Below, in pieces: positions 11,563 through 24,279 of a stretch of 64,000 bases of DNA. The stretch is from the NCBI GenBank assembly GCA_016748015.1, contig JAAOMT010000705.1:37222-101221 (forward strand). Direction: 5' to 3'. A program made the position numbers and the translations under genes. Below the pieces are notes generated by a model. The model saw nothing but the letters and a program-made list of their open reading frames with translations, had not been told where the DNA came from and made no database searches. Position 1 is the stretch's first letter; each line of letters opens with the position of its first letter. Source of the stretch: Geosiphon pyriformis uo1. Taxonomy: Eukaryota > Fungi > Glomeromycota.

Positions 11563-14500
11563 CTCACTTAATTTAGAGGATTGCCACGTGCAATGTCAGA
11601 GGTATAAACAATTGTGCAAAGCAGACAGACATTGTTCATTGGCATAAAGATATGAACAATATGGTTTCTATTGTCGCTAAAACAAAGTTAAAGGGAAAAA
11701 TTTGCCCTTGAATCACTGATAAGTTTGATGGTGTTTATGTTTTTATTTCTGGACTGAATTCTGGTCACATGGGATCTGGTGTTGCAATCATTTTGGACTC
11801 TTTTTTGGCAAAACATGTGTGTAAAGTTTCAGAGGTGCTGGTCGGCTTCTGTTAGTTAGATTGCTTTTTAAGAACAAACTCTCTGTGTCTATTCTGAGGC
11901 TGTATGCTGGTGCATCTTTAGCAATTTATTTTTCTCAGGCTGGTGAGATTAACTCTCTTATTGCTAAGGCTGTGAATAAGTCCTCCTTTGTTATTCTTGG
12001 TGGTGATTTTAATAAGAATGGTTTTCACAAGTGTGCAAGTTTCAAAAAATGTTTTAATTTGGGTTTGATTAACTCTCTGGAAGGGAGCTCTTTTGTAAAG
12101 TTACCCACTTGGTGCAATTTTTGTCATCACTAAAACGAGTGACTACATGCTCATTTTCTCTAATTTGGTTGGTACAGTGATAGATCATGGTGTGGATGGT
12201 GTTGAAGACTATTTTAATACTGATCACAAAGCTGTGTCTGTTTCTGTGGGACTGGAAGGCCTGCTCAATGTCAAGCTAAACTCACTGCACAAGCAAGCAA
12301 ATAGAGATTGTTGGAAGTATGATATCAAAAATGCCAATGAGGTTAAGTGGTCTGAGTTTAGGGATGCTACAGCTGCTAATGCTGTTATGTTCTTGGATGA
12401 GTTTGTTACAGCTAAGCAGTTTTCTGATCTAGATGCAATGTGGAATGTTGTTCATAAGATTATAGTTCTTTCGGCTGGTGGAATGTTTAAGAAAAAGTGG
12501 TCTAAGAGTTTTAATTGTGTTTTTAATAAGGTATCTTCCCAGTTTCATAAACTGGAGCTACTAGTGTCTAAACTGGTAAAGACTTTTCAGTTGGTTTCTG
12601 GCAGGAATTTTTTCTCATTGTTGAATACTTGGGACAGACTTGATTCTGTGAGTGCTTCACTAATGAAATCTCTGTTTTTTTTTGGCACTGGTTTTGATAC
12701 AATCTATTCTGGGCTGGCTAAGGCAAGGAAGTCTTACTGCTCTTCTAAGTTGTTGAAATCTAAGTGTGCTGAAGAATTTACTGTAAGGCAGGCTATTGAG
12801 AGGAGAATGTAGAGTTTTGAGGTGGATAAGGATCACACCATTAGAAGTGTTTTGGAGCGTTCTTTTTGTAAAGTGGTGTTGGATCATTTGGTGGATGGTA
12901 GGGAGTTGGTCTTGGAGCCTGAGTTAGTTAAATCTAAGGTGAATAAAATCATAGAGGGTTGAACTAGGAAATATGTGGTGGCTTCTGATATCTCTGGTGA
13001 TTGGGCAAGGCAATTTCGGCCTTTAGATTATGTCTTCGATGGTGCCTTCTCTGATGTAATGCATTCAATCAGTTTTGATAAGATGTTTGGTGTTATTTCA
13101 AATTTGCCTGATGGGAAAGCAGCTGGTCTTTCTGGTATCACTAATGAACTTTGGAAACATTGTGACAAGTCGGTCTTAGATATGCTTTTGGTGTTCTTAA
13201 ATTTTTGTTTGGGTTGTGAGTTAGTGCCTGGACCTTGGAGAGAAGCCTGGATCTCAATAATTCCTAAACTTTACGAGTGGGAAGAGGTTCTTACAAATAC
13301 CTGCCCCATTGCTTTGATTGAGACAGCTCACAAGGTCTTTTCCAAGATTTTTTCAGACTGGATCTCTCTGGCTTGTAGCATTTTTGATGTCTTCTGTGGG
13401 AACAATTTCTCTGTTCTGAAAGGTATATCTACTCAATTGCCTATCTTTGCTATTGGTTTGATGATCGAAGATGCTTTAGAAAAGAACTGAGAGTTGTGGC
13501 TGGTTTTACAGGATATGTGCAAAGCTTATGATTCTGTTGGTTGAGAGCATCTCAAGAAAAATTTGATCAAGATCAAGATGTGTGACAAATTTATCAGATT
13601 TTTTGGTAGCATTCATAATGGTCGCACTAACAGAGTAATAATAGATTTTGGTTTGACTGATGGATATCATGTTTATGATGAATTGGATCAGGGGAAGATT
13701 TTTTTGCCACTTCTCTGGTGCATATTTTATGACTTGCTTTTATGTGAGGTTAAGAAACAAGAGAGCATTTGTGATTACAGGTTGATTTCTCATTTTGTTT
13801 CTAAGACTGGCTGGGTGGAATCTCAAGCTGGACTGATGTCATTTCTGGCCACTGGTGCTTTTGTTAATGATACCATCTGGGTCAGCAGCAGCCAGGTTGC
13901 TATACAACACATTTTCAATGTTGCTAGTGATTTCTTTCATTTAAATGACATTTCAATAAATAATGACAAGACTGTAGCCATTCTTATCAACTGTTAGGTC
14001 ATTACTCCTTATCTAATTATCAGTGGTCTGCCAATTTCCATTGCTAAAAGAGGTGAACCTCATCATTATCTGGGAATTTTTTTGTTTTCTGAAAGTCTTT
14101 CAAAGCCTAGCTTGGTTAAGGCACATTTGGATGTTGGTTTTTTGTCAATCACGTTCTAAGAAAAGTTATTTCAGATAAACAGTTTGCTTATTTGGTGTCT
14201 TCAATTCTCTTTCCAATCGTCAGCTACAGAACTCAGTTCAGTTTTATTCTTCTCAGTGTATGTAATAAATGAGACACTTTGATTTGCAAGGGCCTGAAAT
14301 TCAAATCTGGGCTGCCTCTGGACTTTTCCAATGATGTGCTTCATTATTCTTTCTTGTACAATTTAAAAACATTTGAGCAGATTTAGGCTGAAAGCAAGTC
14401 AGCTTTTGTCATTGCTTTTGCGAATTTGGTTGGTGTTTTGGGTCGCTTGTTTTCTTATAGGTCTTACAATCTCCAAATTCTCAGCTGGCATTCTCATCAC

Positions 14501-16242
14501 CCTTTGTTGTTTCCTGTTCATGTTAGAGTCAATCCTTCAAACAACTTTTTGGCAGGTGTGATTTGTATTTTTTCTGGGTGTAATTTATCTTTGAATGGCT
14601 CTTTGGCTGGTGCTTTTCATCTTCAGAGTGGTACTCCTATGTTTCTAGTTCTCAGTGAGACAATTTTCTTCAAATGTGTCTCTTTCCTTAGGTGTTATAG
14701 TATTGCTTTTATAGAACAGCTTTGTGACCGTAATAGTGTTGTTTTTGATTGAAAGACTTTCAAGCATTGGAAAAGACTGGATTTTTGTGGCCTATTTCCC
14801 TTCTGGTTTGATTTCTCTGTTTGTTTTCTTAGTGGTGTTGCTTTTCCTTCTGGTTGTTTTTCTTATGAAAGTGTTTATGGCTCTTTTGACATCCGTTAGT
14901 CTCTTGGTTTTGGTGTTATTTGTAATGATCTGTTGAATGTTGGTGCCGCCTGCCTCTCTGTATACACAGATGAATCTCTGAGTGATTTGGGTACTGTTGA
15001 CATATTGGCTGGTGCTGTGGTTTTCTTTGAGGACATTGATTCAAGTCTGGATGTGAGAGTTTCTGGTTTGGTTTCTTCTACTTTGGCAGAGTTACAGGCC
15101 ATTGCTTTAGCTCTTAAGTGTGTTTTTTTTTTCATTCAGTTGACTTGTTCTCGGACAGCCAAGTGGCTTTAGATGCTTGCAGGTCGGAGTCTTTATCGGT
15201 TGGCCCTGATTTCAGGAATTGTTGTTGGATTGAGTATCATCATATCGCCAATGTCATTTGTTGCAAAAATTTGGATGTTAATTGGATTAAAATTAAGGGC
15301 CATTCGGGCATTTCAGGCAATGAGCGGGCTGATGCGCTTGTAAAAAATGCTGTCCTTTCTGCCTGGCACCTGCTCCACTTGGTCAGTGAGAGGTTTTTGA
15401 AAGCTGGTGTTGATACGGTTTCTAGTAATTCGAGGCATTTTGTTCATGACGTATTTAGGTCAATCCATCACATGTATTGGGAGATTGGTTCTGGTTCCCA
15501 GGTGGTTTCAGGTTGTTTGTGTGCTAATATTGACTGGTTGAGGTCTTCTCTGGTGTGGCACCTGAATTCTCACATGGCAACTGGTTTTACTAATATTTGG
15601 ACAGCTGGCTTTCGTACATATTTCATGAAAGCCCTTTATTATCGCCTTCCTGTTTCTGTGCAAAAGCATCTGTATGATAGGGAGTATTTCAGTGTAGTTT
15701 GTTTGTTCTGTGGTGAGGTTGAAGTCTCAGATCATGTCTTTTCTTGCTCTTCTGACACTGATAATTGTGCCGGTTTGTTGGACACTTATGCAACTGCCTG
15801 GGAAGTGTGTTTTGGTTTGTTTTGCTCTTTTTTGTGCGTATTACAGTTGTTGTTGACTTGCATTTCAGATGTAACTGTTAGTACAGTCCTGTGTAAGGGC
15901 TTTGTTTTTGACAAATAGTATCACGAATCTGTTTCTGTTTACAAAGATCCTAAGGTGGCAGTAGTTAATGTTGTGAATTTTGTACATAAGTTTTGTCTTG
16001 TATTTCGTGATAGTATTTGGCTGGTTCATGCGAAACACTGGGCCATTATGGAGAAAAATAAGCTGATTCCATGTGATGGTTTCATTTTTGTTACTGTCTC
16101 TGGTTTTTTTATGTGGCTTTTGGCTGGGGTGATTAGGTTGTTGGGTGTTGCTGATGCACTTGGCATCAATTTTGGGTATTGTAAGCATTATTTGTTTTAT
16201 GCAGGTGTTGGTGACATGGCTTCTGTTCATATAAGTGCATAG
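11559..16242 (+). pseudogene. LINE-A ORF2: AP endonuclease, RT, RNase H, C-terminal Cys/His finger; many stops and frameshifts
   Basis: IATCNVRG, LGGDFN, TDHKAV (APE); KAAGLSG, PIALIE, QDMCKAYDSV, QG..F.PLLW, AFVNDT (RT); VYTD, AELQAI, FSDSQ, KGHSGISGNERAD (RNase H); CLFCGEVEVSDHVFSC. Confidence 0.95.
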
Positions 16243-16388
16243 TGTTGTTCTGACTAGTCTAAGTGTCTGGTCATGTATAACAAAGGCATGATTCACATTT
16301 AATTTAGATTATTTGTATGATATATAGCACTAAGTGGCATTTAAACTTCACTCGTTAAACTTTAATAATAATAAAAAAAACAAAATAC

Positions 16389-16830
16389 AATAAAACATAC
16401 ATTATTTAATTTAATTTATAAGAGAACGGCAATATTATTAATTAATTTTATAGTAAAAATTTATTTAATACAATTAATTACAGAAGAAAATTTTCAAAAA
16501 ACACTTTAATAAAAAGCATATATTTTTCTTAGCACTTTAGAAAAAAACCAATAAATTACAACTATCTATATTAAATATTTCTAAGCTCAACAAAAAAATA
16601 ACATAATAATAAACTGCCACTTATTATTAATAAATTTTAAATTAGAAACAAAGTTTTTTTATATAAAATTAAGATTAAAAAACAATAGAGTAAAAAATTT
16701 GATTATAAATAAAATAGATTATTCTATATTTACAAAGCTATAAGCAATAAATTATACAAATTAAGACTTAATAATAAAGTTCTAATAAAAGTTGTACATA
16801 GAAATTAATTGAAACACTATTACTTTAAAA
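16389..16830 (+). pseudogene. C-terminal part of Gypsy-1 integrase
   Basis: Joined reading LVYKILKQNT|IKHTLFNLIYKRTAIL matches LFAYRT..QNTTK.TPF.L.YGR; later FYIYKAISNKLYKL (GPY/F-like region). Confidence 0.8.
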
Positions 16831-17904
16831 ACAATCTCAAATTATTAATTTTACAAATTAATATATATTTTCCTGTAATTAATTCCAAAAATATTTTTTA
16901 AAACTTAAAACCAATAATTATAATAAAACAACAACCAAATTTGAATATTAAACAAAAATAAGGAATAATTGCTAAAAAATATTAAAATAAAAAATATATA
17001 AAAACTTTTATACCAAAAATAAAATTTTTATTTTTTTCCGTAAAATTTTATTATTATTAATTTTTTTTTAAATATTTTATAATAATTATTTTTTGAAAAA
17101 TTTAACAATATTCTAAAAATTAATATTAACTTTAAAAACATTTCTTAATTTATTTATAATATTCAATAAAAGTCAAATTAATTACATTTAGAAAAAAACT
17201 ATAACTTTTAATAGTAAATAATTTTTTTAAATTATTAGTTTTATAAAAAAAACACAAGAAATTATTTTAAAATATATTTACTAAAACTCTTGAAGCAAGC
17301 TTTGAAAGAAGACTAATTTTTTATCCCTATAGACATTTTTTCGAATGTTACAATACAACAAAAATTTCAATTGTGTCTTAATAAAAATAATAAATATACT
17401 TCTATTTATTAATACTTTTAAATTAAGAAAACACTTTACCAAACAAAAACTGGAACTCAAAACAACAAATTTTACTTTTAAAGCAGTATAAAAACAAATA
17501 CACAATAAATTCAAAACAACAATAGAACCAACAAATACTTATTACAAACTTAGAGCAGCTTATAGATTTTATAACTTATTCAATATTTGTAAAAGCATTT
17601 TACAAAATCTAATACTTTAACCAATAATAATACAATATATTAACAAGTTTACAAAACAAAAATTTTAACAATTTTTAGACCAAATTACTTTAATAATTCT
17701 GGTTTACTATCTAAACATTATAAATAATACTTGAATTTTAATAAAACTCAATCTTAAGAAGAAAAGTATGTTATTAATAGAATTTTAGTAATTAAATTAA
17801 CATAAAATTATTCTTATAATTTTTATTATTAGTTAAAATATATTATTATTATTTTAATTAGCACTTATTAATTAATCAAATTATTAAATATTACTATTTA
17901 ATCA

Positions 17905-20900
17905 TTATTTTTTTATTATATTTATTAATTAGTAAAGCCTAACTGCTATCTAGTATATAGAATCAGACTAAATAGCTCAAATTAAATATGATTTATGTAT
18001 TTACTTTATGTGATTAGTCATTTAGGCCAAACAAAACAACACTACATACTTATACTAATACTTATGTCACAATCTAAACCAGAAAAAAAAAGGCACAGTC
18101 TATGATAGCCAAAACTAACAGCAAAAGATTTAATAATAATAAGCATCTTGATTATCCTATCTGATAGCATTAATGCTAAACTACATAACAAGCTTGACAC
18201 TATACTGCTGTTTTCAACCAAACCAGTCTTTTTTATATCAACCCTAAACTTAGATCTCACCAGCCAGACTCTAGAACAATATAACTTCACCAAATACTTT
18301 ATAAAATCAACAACAGCAGAGATGGTTTTCTTTCTATTATCAAAAATTCTGATAGCTTTTACACACTAATTCTTTAGCACAAATCTTTTGCACATAACTA
18401 CATAAGTTTTAGTATTTGACAAACAACAAGAAAACATCTGTAAAACAGTCAAAGATAACAAACTATAAACACCTACCAAAGCAACTCATTATATAAAAAT
18501 CTCAGCCAAAATTTTTTCCCAAATACTGATATCCTAAACACATGTAAAAACGTAATCTGACAACTCTATTTTGCTATACAGCAAACACAATACACTAGAA
18601 TATTCTTTATTATATAATTTTTTCTTAACAACTACTAATAATTATCTGTATACAGCTTTTATTAAGTATATGTAAAGACTAAATAACTTCTAACTAATAA
18701 AACCAGTAAGCATGTATAAGTCAGAGTGCCAGACTTTTGCAATAACATCTCAATTAATATTCTTAATTAATGTATTAGGAACCATATCATGGCCCAGATT
18801 AGTTTCTCAATAAGTACAACAAACAGATCTAAAAATGTTCCTGACAAAATAGCAAGCATTATTAAATACAATAGTGTTCTTAGCAACCAAAAAACATTCA
18901 CACACCCCTATTGGCAAGGAAAAAAGAGAGCCAGCAATTATACTTGTAACAGTATTGGCTTTTATATTACCACAAATCTCAGAATGGTCTTTAATCTTGA
19001 TCCAATTTACTGTAAAATTCTTATTCCTAATTAAATTAACAATATGTCTTCTCTTAATTCAACATTAATTATGAAAATTTGGCTTAATAAATAACATTTT
19101 AAACACATATGTATTAATAATAGCTTGGTTTTTGAGATACAAAACCAAAGAGCAGGAAAATGAAACACACTTCAAAAACAAAACAACAACTTACAACTCA
19201 GCCAAAGTAAAAGACACAAAACCATGAACACCAATATTAATACTTATATCCAAAGCTAAAAAATATGTAGCAGCACCACTATTAACACCAGCAGAACCAG
19301 TATTTTTCAATGACTCATTTGTGTATATCTCAAAAAAACTAAACCAAATTTTATGTAATCTATTTTGTACTTTAGCAAACCCTTCAGAATTCAATATGTC
19401 CAAGCTAACTGGCCAAATAAACACAGGTAAATCAAGTAATAAAGAATCCTTACTATGCAAAAATTTTAACATAACCTCAAACCAATAAAAAATAAAGCCT
19501 CTAAAATTCAATCTTTTCTACCAATGAAATGTCTTCCAATCTATCACACAGCCTTTCTTATCAAAAAATCTATTACCAAAAGTAATCTTAAAACATTTTA
19601 AAAAATAAACAAAACTAAGATACAAAACCTTTTTAAGAATAGACAACATAAGAAAAACACCAAGACTATGAAAAGCATTGGGCAAATTGTTTGTCAAAAA
19701 TAGCTCATTACTTAAAAAATCTTAACTATACCAGCCAGAAAATTGTTCACAAAACTAACAAACAATTTAATAGGGAATTGCAATACACACTTAATAAGAC
19801 AAAATTAAACTGAGTTCTATAACTAACAATAAGCTACAAAACAACCAACACTAAATAAGAAAACTGCTTATCTATAATAATCTTTCTAAGCACCACATTA
19901 ATAAAGAAATAGACATCAAAATGAGTTTTAATCATACTTAACTTGAACAATCTTTTAGTCAATAAAAAAATTCCCAGATATTTGTGTATTTTATTCTTTT
20001 TGGCAATCAAAATTGGTTGACCATTGATATTCAAAGAAGCAATCTTAATATTCTAATTAATAAGAATGGCCACAGTTTTTTTAGTATTAATTAAAATATT
20101 ATTGATCAAAAAAAATTCATTAGCAATATTCAAAGCATATTATACAGAAGCTTGACAATTTCCAATCCAAATTGTATTATCCACAAATATGCCAGCTGTA
20201 AAAAAAAAAAAAAAACTACTACTATTTTTAATCCTGCCAATTTTTACCACAAACTTAGTATTAATCTAATATTCACATAAATGCTTATGTTTTTTAACTT
20301 CATATAAGAGCAGATTGTAAAAAATTTTCTAAAAAAAAAGGGAAAAAATCTTACCTTAATCTAAATTATTATGCACTTTATAGTCCTCTAAGAGACTGAA
20401 ATTTGTTATTATCCTATTAATCCTATCACCATATATGCTGTTAAAAAATTTGATAAACTTATCATACATTTTGATCTGTTTTAAACTAGCTTTCAAATAA
20501 TACCAGCCAACCTAGTTATATGTCTTATACATATTTTGCAAGACCAACCAAAGTTCCCAATTTTTCTTTAATACATCCTTAACCACCAAACCAATTGCAA
20601 ATACAGGAGAATAAATAAACATATCCTTCAAAATAGAAAAGTTATTATCACAAAAAACACTACACTTGCTGTATACAGACAAAATTCTATTAAAAAGAAT
20701 CTTAAAGAAAATCTTCTTGGCAGTTTTGATTAATGCAATAGGTTAAGTGTTTATAAAAACTCTATTTCAGTTATAAAGTTTAAGGATTATTAAGACCCAA
20801 GTTCTTTTTTACAAAACAAAAACACTACCAATTGTTAAATATATATTCAACAACTCTAAAAAGCATCTTATTACTTTTTTTTTACTATGTTTCTATAGTT

Positions 20901-22594
20901 CATTAGAAATGCTAGACAAGCTTGTAACTTTGCCATTAGGCAGACTATTAACAACTAAGAGCAACTCACTTATACTAATTGCACATATTACACCAGAAAA
21001 TATATTATTTTTTATGTAATCTAATAGTATATATTAGCAAGTTCAAAGATCAGACACTGTCAAAGACACATTCTGCTTTCTTGCCCAATTTTTCATAATT
21101 TTATCAATATTGAACTTTATTTCTCCCAGTTTTAAAACCAATTTATTATTTACCACCAAGTAATACAGAACTACTTTGTGAAAAGACTAATCTAAAACAC
21201 TCCTAATTATACTACTTTTATCAGAACAAAACTTATCTATTTGTCTTTCAATTGTCTTCCTAATAGATACTTTTTTGGCCAATTTTAACTTATACATCTT
21301 GGACATTCTATATTTTTTCTTAACTAATGATAAATGTTTGAAAATATTTCTCAATTTCCCATTATTCTAAACTATGTTTGTTATTATAAGAGCTCTATCA
21401 GCATCTAAAGTTGACCACTTCCTTATAAGACAATTGAAACTAAGAATGTTATCTGAGTTAAACTTCTTAACAATTTTGGAAACCAATAACTCCAACCCAA
21501 AAAATTTTGAAGACTGTCTGTTCCTTAAGCACTAAAATTTACTGAATCAATATTTAGAAAATATCTTATCAGTAGACTTTACTATCATTTTTTCTAGCAA
21601 CATTCACATAGTATTCAAATTATTATGAGTCTTAGCATCAAAAATTTATTCACTACCACCAAGATTTTAGCAAAAAAACAATTTTTAAATCACATCTACT
21701 TGATACTATTTGTATCTTTGATCTTGAATTTCTAACAATTTTTGTTAAGCTGTTTGTACAAGCTGTTTAGGCATTTGTCTAAAAGACTACCCAAACCAAT
21801 TGACACCATAATAGTATTGTAATTAGTATCAAAAAAATCAGAAACAGAATTAATTTTATAACTGGCAACTGCTAATAATAACTTTTTTGACACCTCTTAA
21901 ATTGCTCTAAATAAAAGCTTTGTCCAAAGAATACTTACTAAACAAATTGACCAGGTTTAGACCCAAACAAAATTTAAAACTCGTATTCTTTTCAGATTTA
22001 TTTTCATTGAAATTCTTACCTAAGACCACAAAAGTGCTGAAGTTAACAGCTTTAGCAATAAGAAAATTGATTTTATAAGTCTGACCAAACCTAGTCTCAG
22101 AAGAAACATCAACATATAAATCCAAAACCATAACTGGAAGCTTGCTTTTGAACATAAGTTGCACCAAAATAATCCAACCAGAAATCTCCTCTACTTTAAA
22201 CACATAATAAGCCAAAAAATTGTTTATAATAATAACCACCTCAGCACTAAGAAAGCTTTTTTCCAAACCAAACATGAAAATTTGTATCTCCTCAAACTTA
22301 TTTGTAATTTATGGTTTAATATTAGATCTCAACTTTGTCTCTGTAATAAAAAAAACCACATTACCTTAACTCATATGCCAATGAACAACATTTTCTTGCT
22401 TTGCAAAGATATTAACACCCTTAATATTACATATAGCAAACTTCTAAGCCAAGTTTGTCATTGAGATAAAAAAAAAGCTAAAAAATCTGAACCAGAGCAC
22501 AACCAATCTAACTTTCTCAAAACCAAGTTAACAAACACCTCCAAAACAACTATTTTTGATTCCAAACTACTTGAACCAAACTCAAAAAACATGC
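17905..22594 (-). mobile_element. LINE-B, more decayed relative of LINE-A; 5' part cut by an LTR insertion (small ORF1 remnant probably at 26469-26527)
   Basis: Minus-strand fragments VVLGKNFNE (APE), HKYLGIFL (RT thumb), IYTNESL...AEL (RNase H); 3' UTR and A-rich tail at 17905-18040 homologous to LINE-A. Confidence 0.9.
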
Positions 22595-23575
22595 TGTTAC
22601 AGGTAATTATTTGGGGTTTGAAAACAAATAACAAATCTGTAACTTGGTGCTCAATAGTTGAATTATGTTTAGTAATTTGAAGGTTTTGGTTGTCTAAAAA
22701 TTTTAGTAATTTGAAGGTTTTGGTTGAGTTCTTTGTATAATGGACAAAGATTCAATAATAATATTCTTTGATAATGTTTTTAGTTTCTTTTCAACCCTCA
22801 AATTGGTATGTTTTATTGTTTATTACTTCCCAGAATTGCAATTTTATTAATTTTTTTTTTGGCTTAATGACCAGTAATCTCCTAGTAAGCTATTTTCAAT
22901 CTTGAATGTTCATCCTTATTCCTAGGTCTTTTACTAGTGCTATATTCTAATGTTAATATCCCATGTGTTAATCTTTTAATCAATTAATAAATCTACAATA
23001 AAACAAAAAGAAAAAAAAAATTAAAGAAATAAAGAAAATAAAAAAAATAATAAACAGAAAAATAAAGAGATAAATCAAGGCAAAAAAAGTTAATATTCTG
23101 TCAATAGCCATGATCAAGAGCTATTGGTCCAAGGTAGTTAAGTATTAGATTTTATTAACATGTAATGTTAATAGTGGTGAAAGTAATTAATATTCTTAAT
23201 TAAGTAATAATAACATGAATTTGATAATAATAGATAATTTTATTAATACAAAAATGATTTCACTTTAAGTTATAGAAAACTATCTTTTGAAAAAAAGATA
23301 TTGTTCTAATTTAATATAACTTCTATTGAATTTTTCTGGAATTGTTTTTTCTGTTTTTAATACTTTTGCTATATATATATAATTTATGTTATATAAAATT
23401 CTTTGAATTTTTCAATTCTTTAGCCAGAAATCCTGGAATTTTTCATATGAAATTCTGTAATTCTGGAATTCTACAATTTCTTTAAGAAGAATTTTGGAAT
23501 TTTCTATTTTACTACATCTATTCTAATTGGCTAATTTATGTACTAATATTTAATTCCTATATTCTATGAGTAATA
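22595..23575 (-). repeat. 3' LTR of non-autonomous element
   Basis: Colinear high similarity with 25421-26468. Confidence 0.9.
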
Positions 23576-23704
23576 TTATTCTCTTTTTTAATATTGAGCT
23601 TTTGTGAAATCTTTTAAATTTTTTTTTTGTATCAATGTTGTTGCTGTAATTTCTATTGCTATTTTTAAATTTAATTTTATATGTAACTAGAATTTTTAAA
23701 TATA

Positions 23705-23850
23705 ATAATCTGTCCAAAATATCTAAGTTCAAATCTTGTATCTGTATTATATACATGTTCAAACATAATGTTTTTATTATTATCATTGAATTTAGTTAAT
23801 TTCTGCTCTATTGTAAGATCTAGAAGTGTAATATATTGTTTGGTGTTTGA
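23705..23850 (-). pseudogene. N-terminal dUTPase fragment
   Basis: KQYITLLDLTIEQKLTKFNDNNKNIMFEHVYNTDTRFELRYFG corresponds to MPERAHDTDAGFDLRYPG; homologous to 40040-40150. Confidence 0.7.
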
Positions 23851-24279
23851 AATGGAGTTTGAATTATTGTTGGCAGAGTTTAAATTATCATTGTCATTTA
23901 GTAGAATTTGAATCATTGTCATCATTAGCAAAGTTTGAATTATTGTTGTTATTAGTGAAGTTTGAATTATTGGTATTATTAATGGAATTTGAATTGTTGC
24001 TGTTATTAATAGAGTTTGAATTGGAATTAAGTTCCAATTCCGATTTCTATTTGTTCTCACTGATTGGCTCTTTTTCGAATATATAACACATAAGAGTGAA
24101 TTGTGACTACATTCCAATATTTTAACTTAAGGCCATCAGATAAGTTTTATTAATTAATTTGTACTGTGGAAATTAGGTTTTATTGGACTATTAAAGATAA
24201 GTTTAGTTGTATAATCACAGGGTTTGAAATTTATTGGACTTTGAATGTTCAGATTTTTGAATAATTTCCGAAGTTTGAA

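Larger units (their letters stand above)
9591..16376 (+). mobile_element. Full-length non-LTR retrotransposon LINE-A (ORF1 RRM/CCHC; ORF2 APE-RT-RNase H-Zn finger)
   Basis: 12-bp target-site duplication AAAACAAAATAC at 9579-9590 and 16377-16388, (TAA)n-A tail, abrupt GC increase; host integrase frame rejoins across the insertion. Confidence 0.95.
2411..17800 (+). mobile_element. Ty3/Gypsy LTR retrotransposon Gypsy-1 (gag-PR-Cys-rich-dUTPase-RT-RH-IN), decayed, interrupted by LINE-A
   Basis: 5' LTR 2411-3143, PBS TTTGGTGCTT at 3144, domain relics in Gypsy order. Purine tract aagaagaaaag at ~17756-17766 is followed by TGTTATTAATAGAATTTTAG (17769), matching the 5' LTR start TGTTATTAATATAATTTTAG for ~33 bp (3' LTR truncated). 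Confidence 0.85.

Noticed and set aside
11559-16242. Alternative genetic code or stop readthrough making LINE ORF2 functional
   Set aside because: Stops are mixed TAA/TAG/TGA at former Trp/Gln/Arg codons, with frameshifts and catalytic-site losses, so this is mutation rather than recoding
23677-24117. 146-aa ORF as a host gene
   Set aside because: Low-complexity linker plus dUTPase stub inside an LTR element
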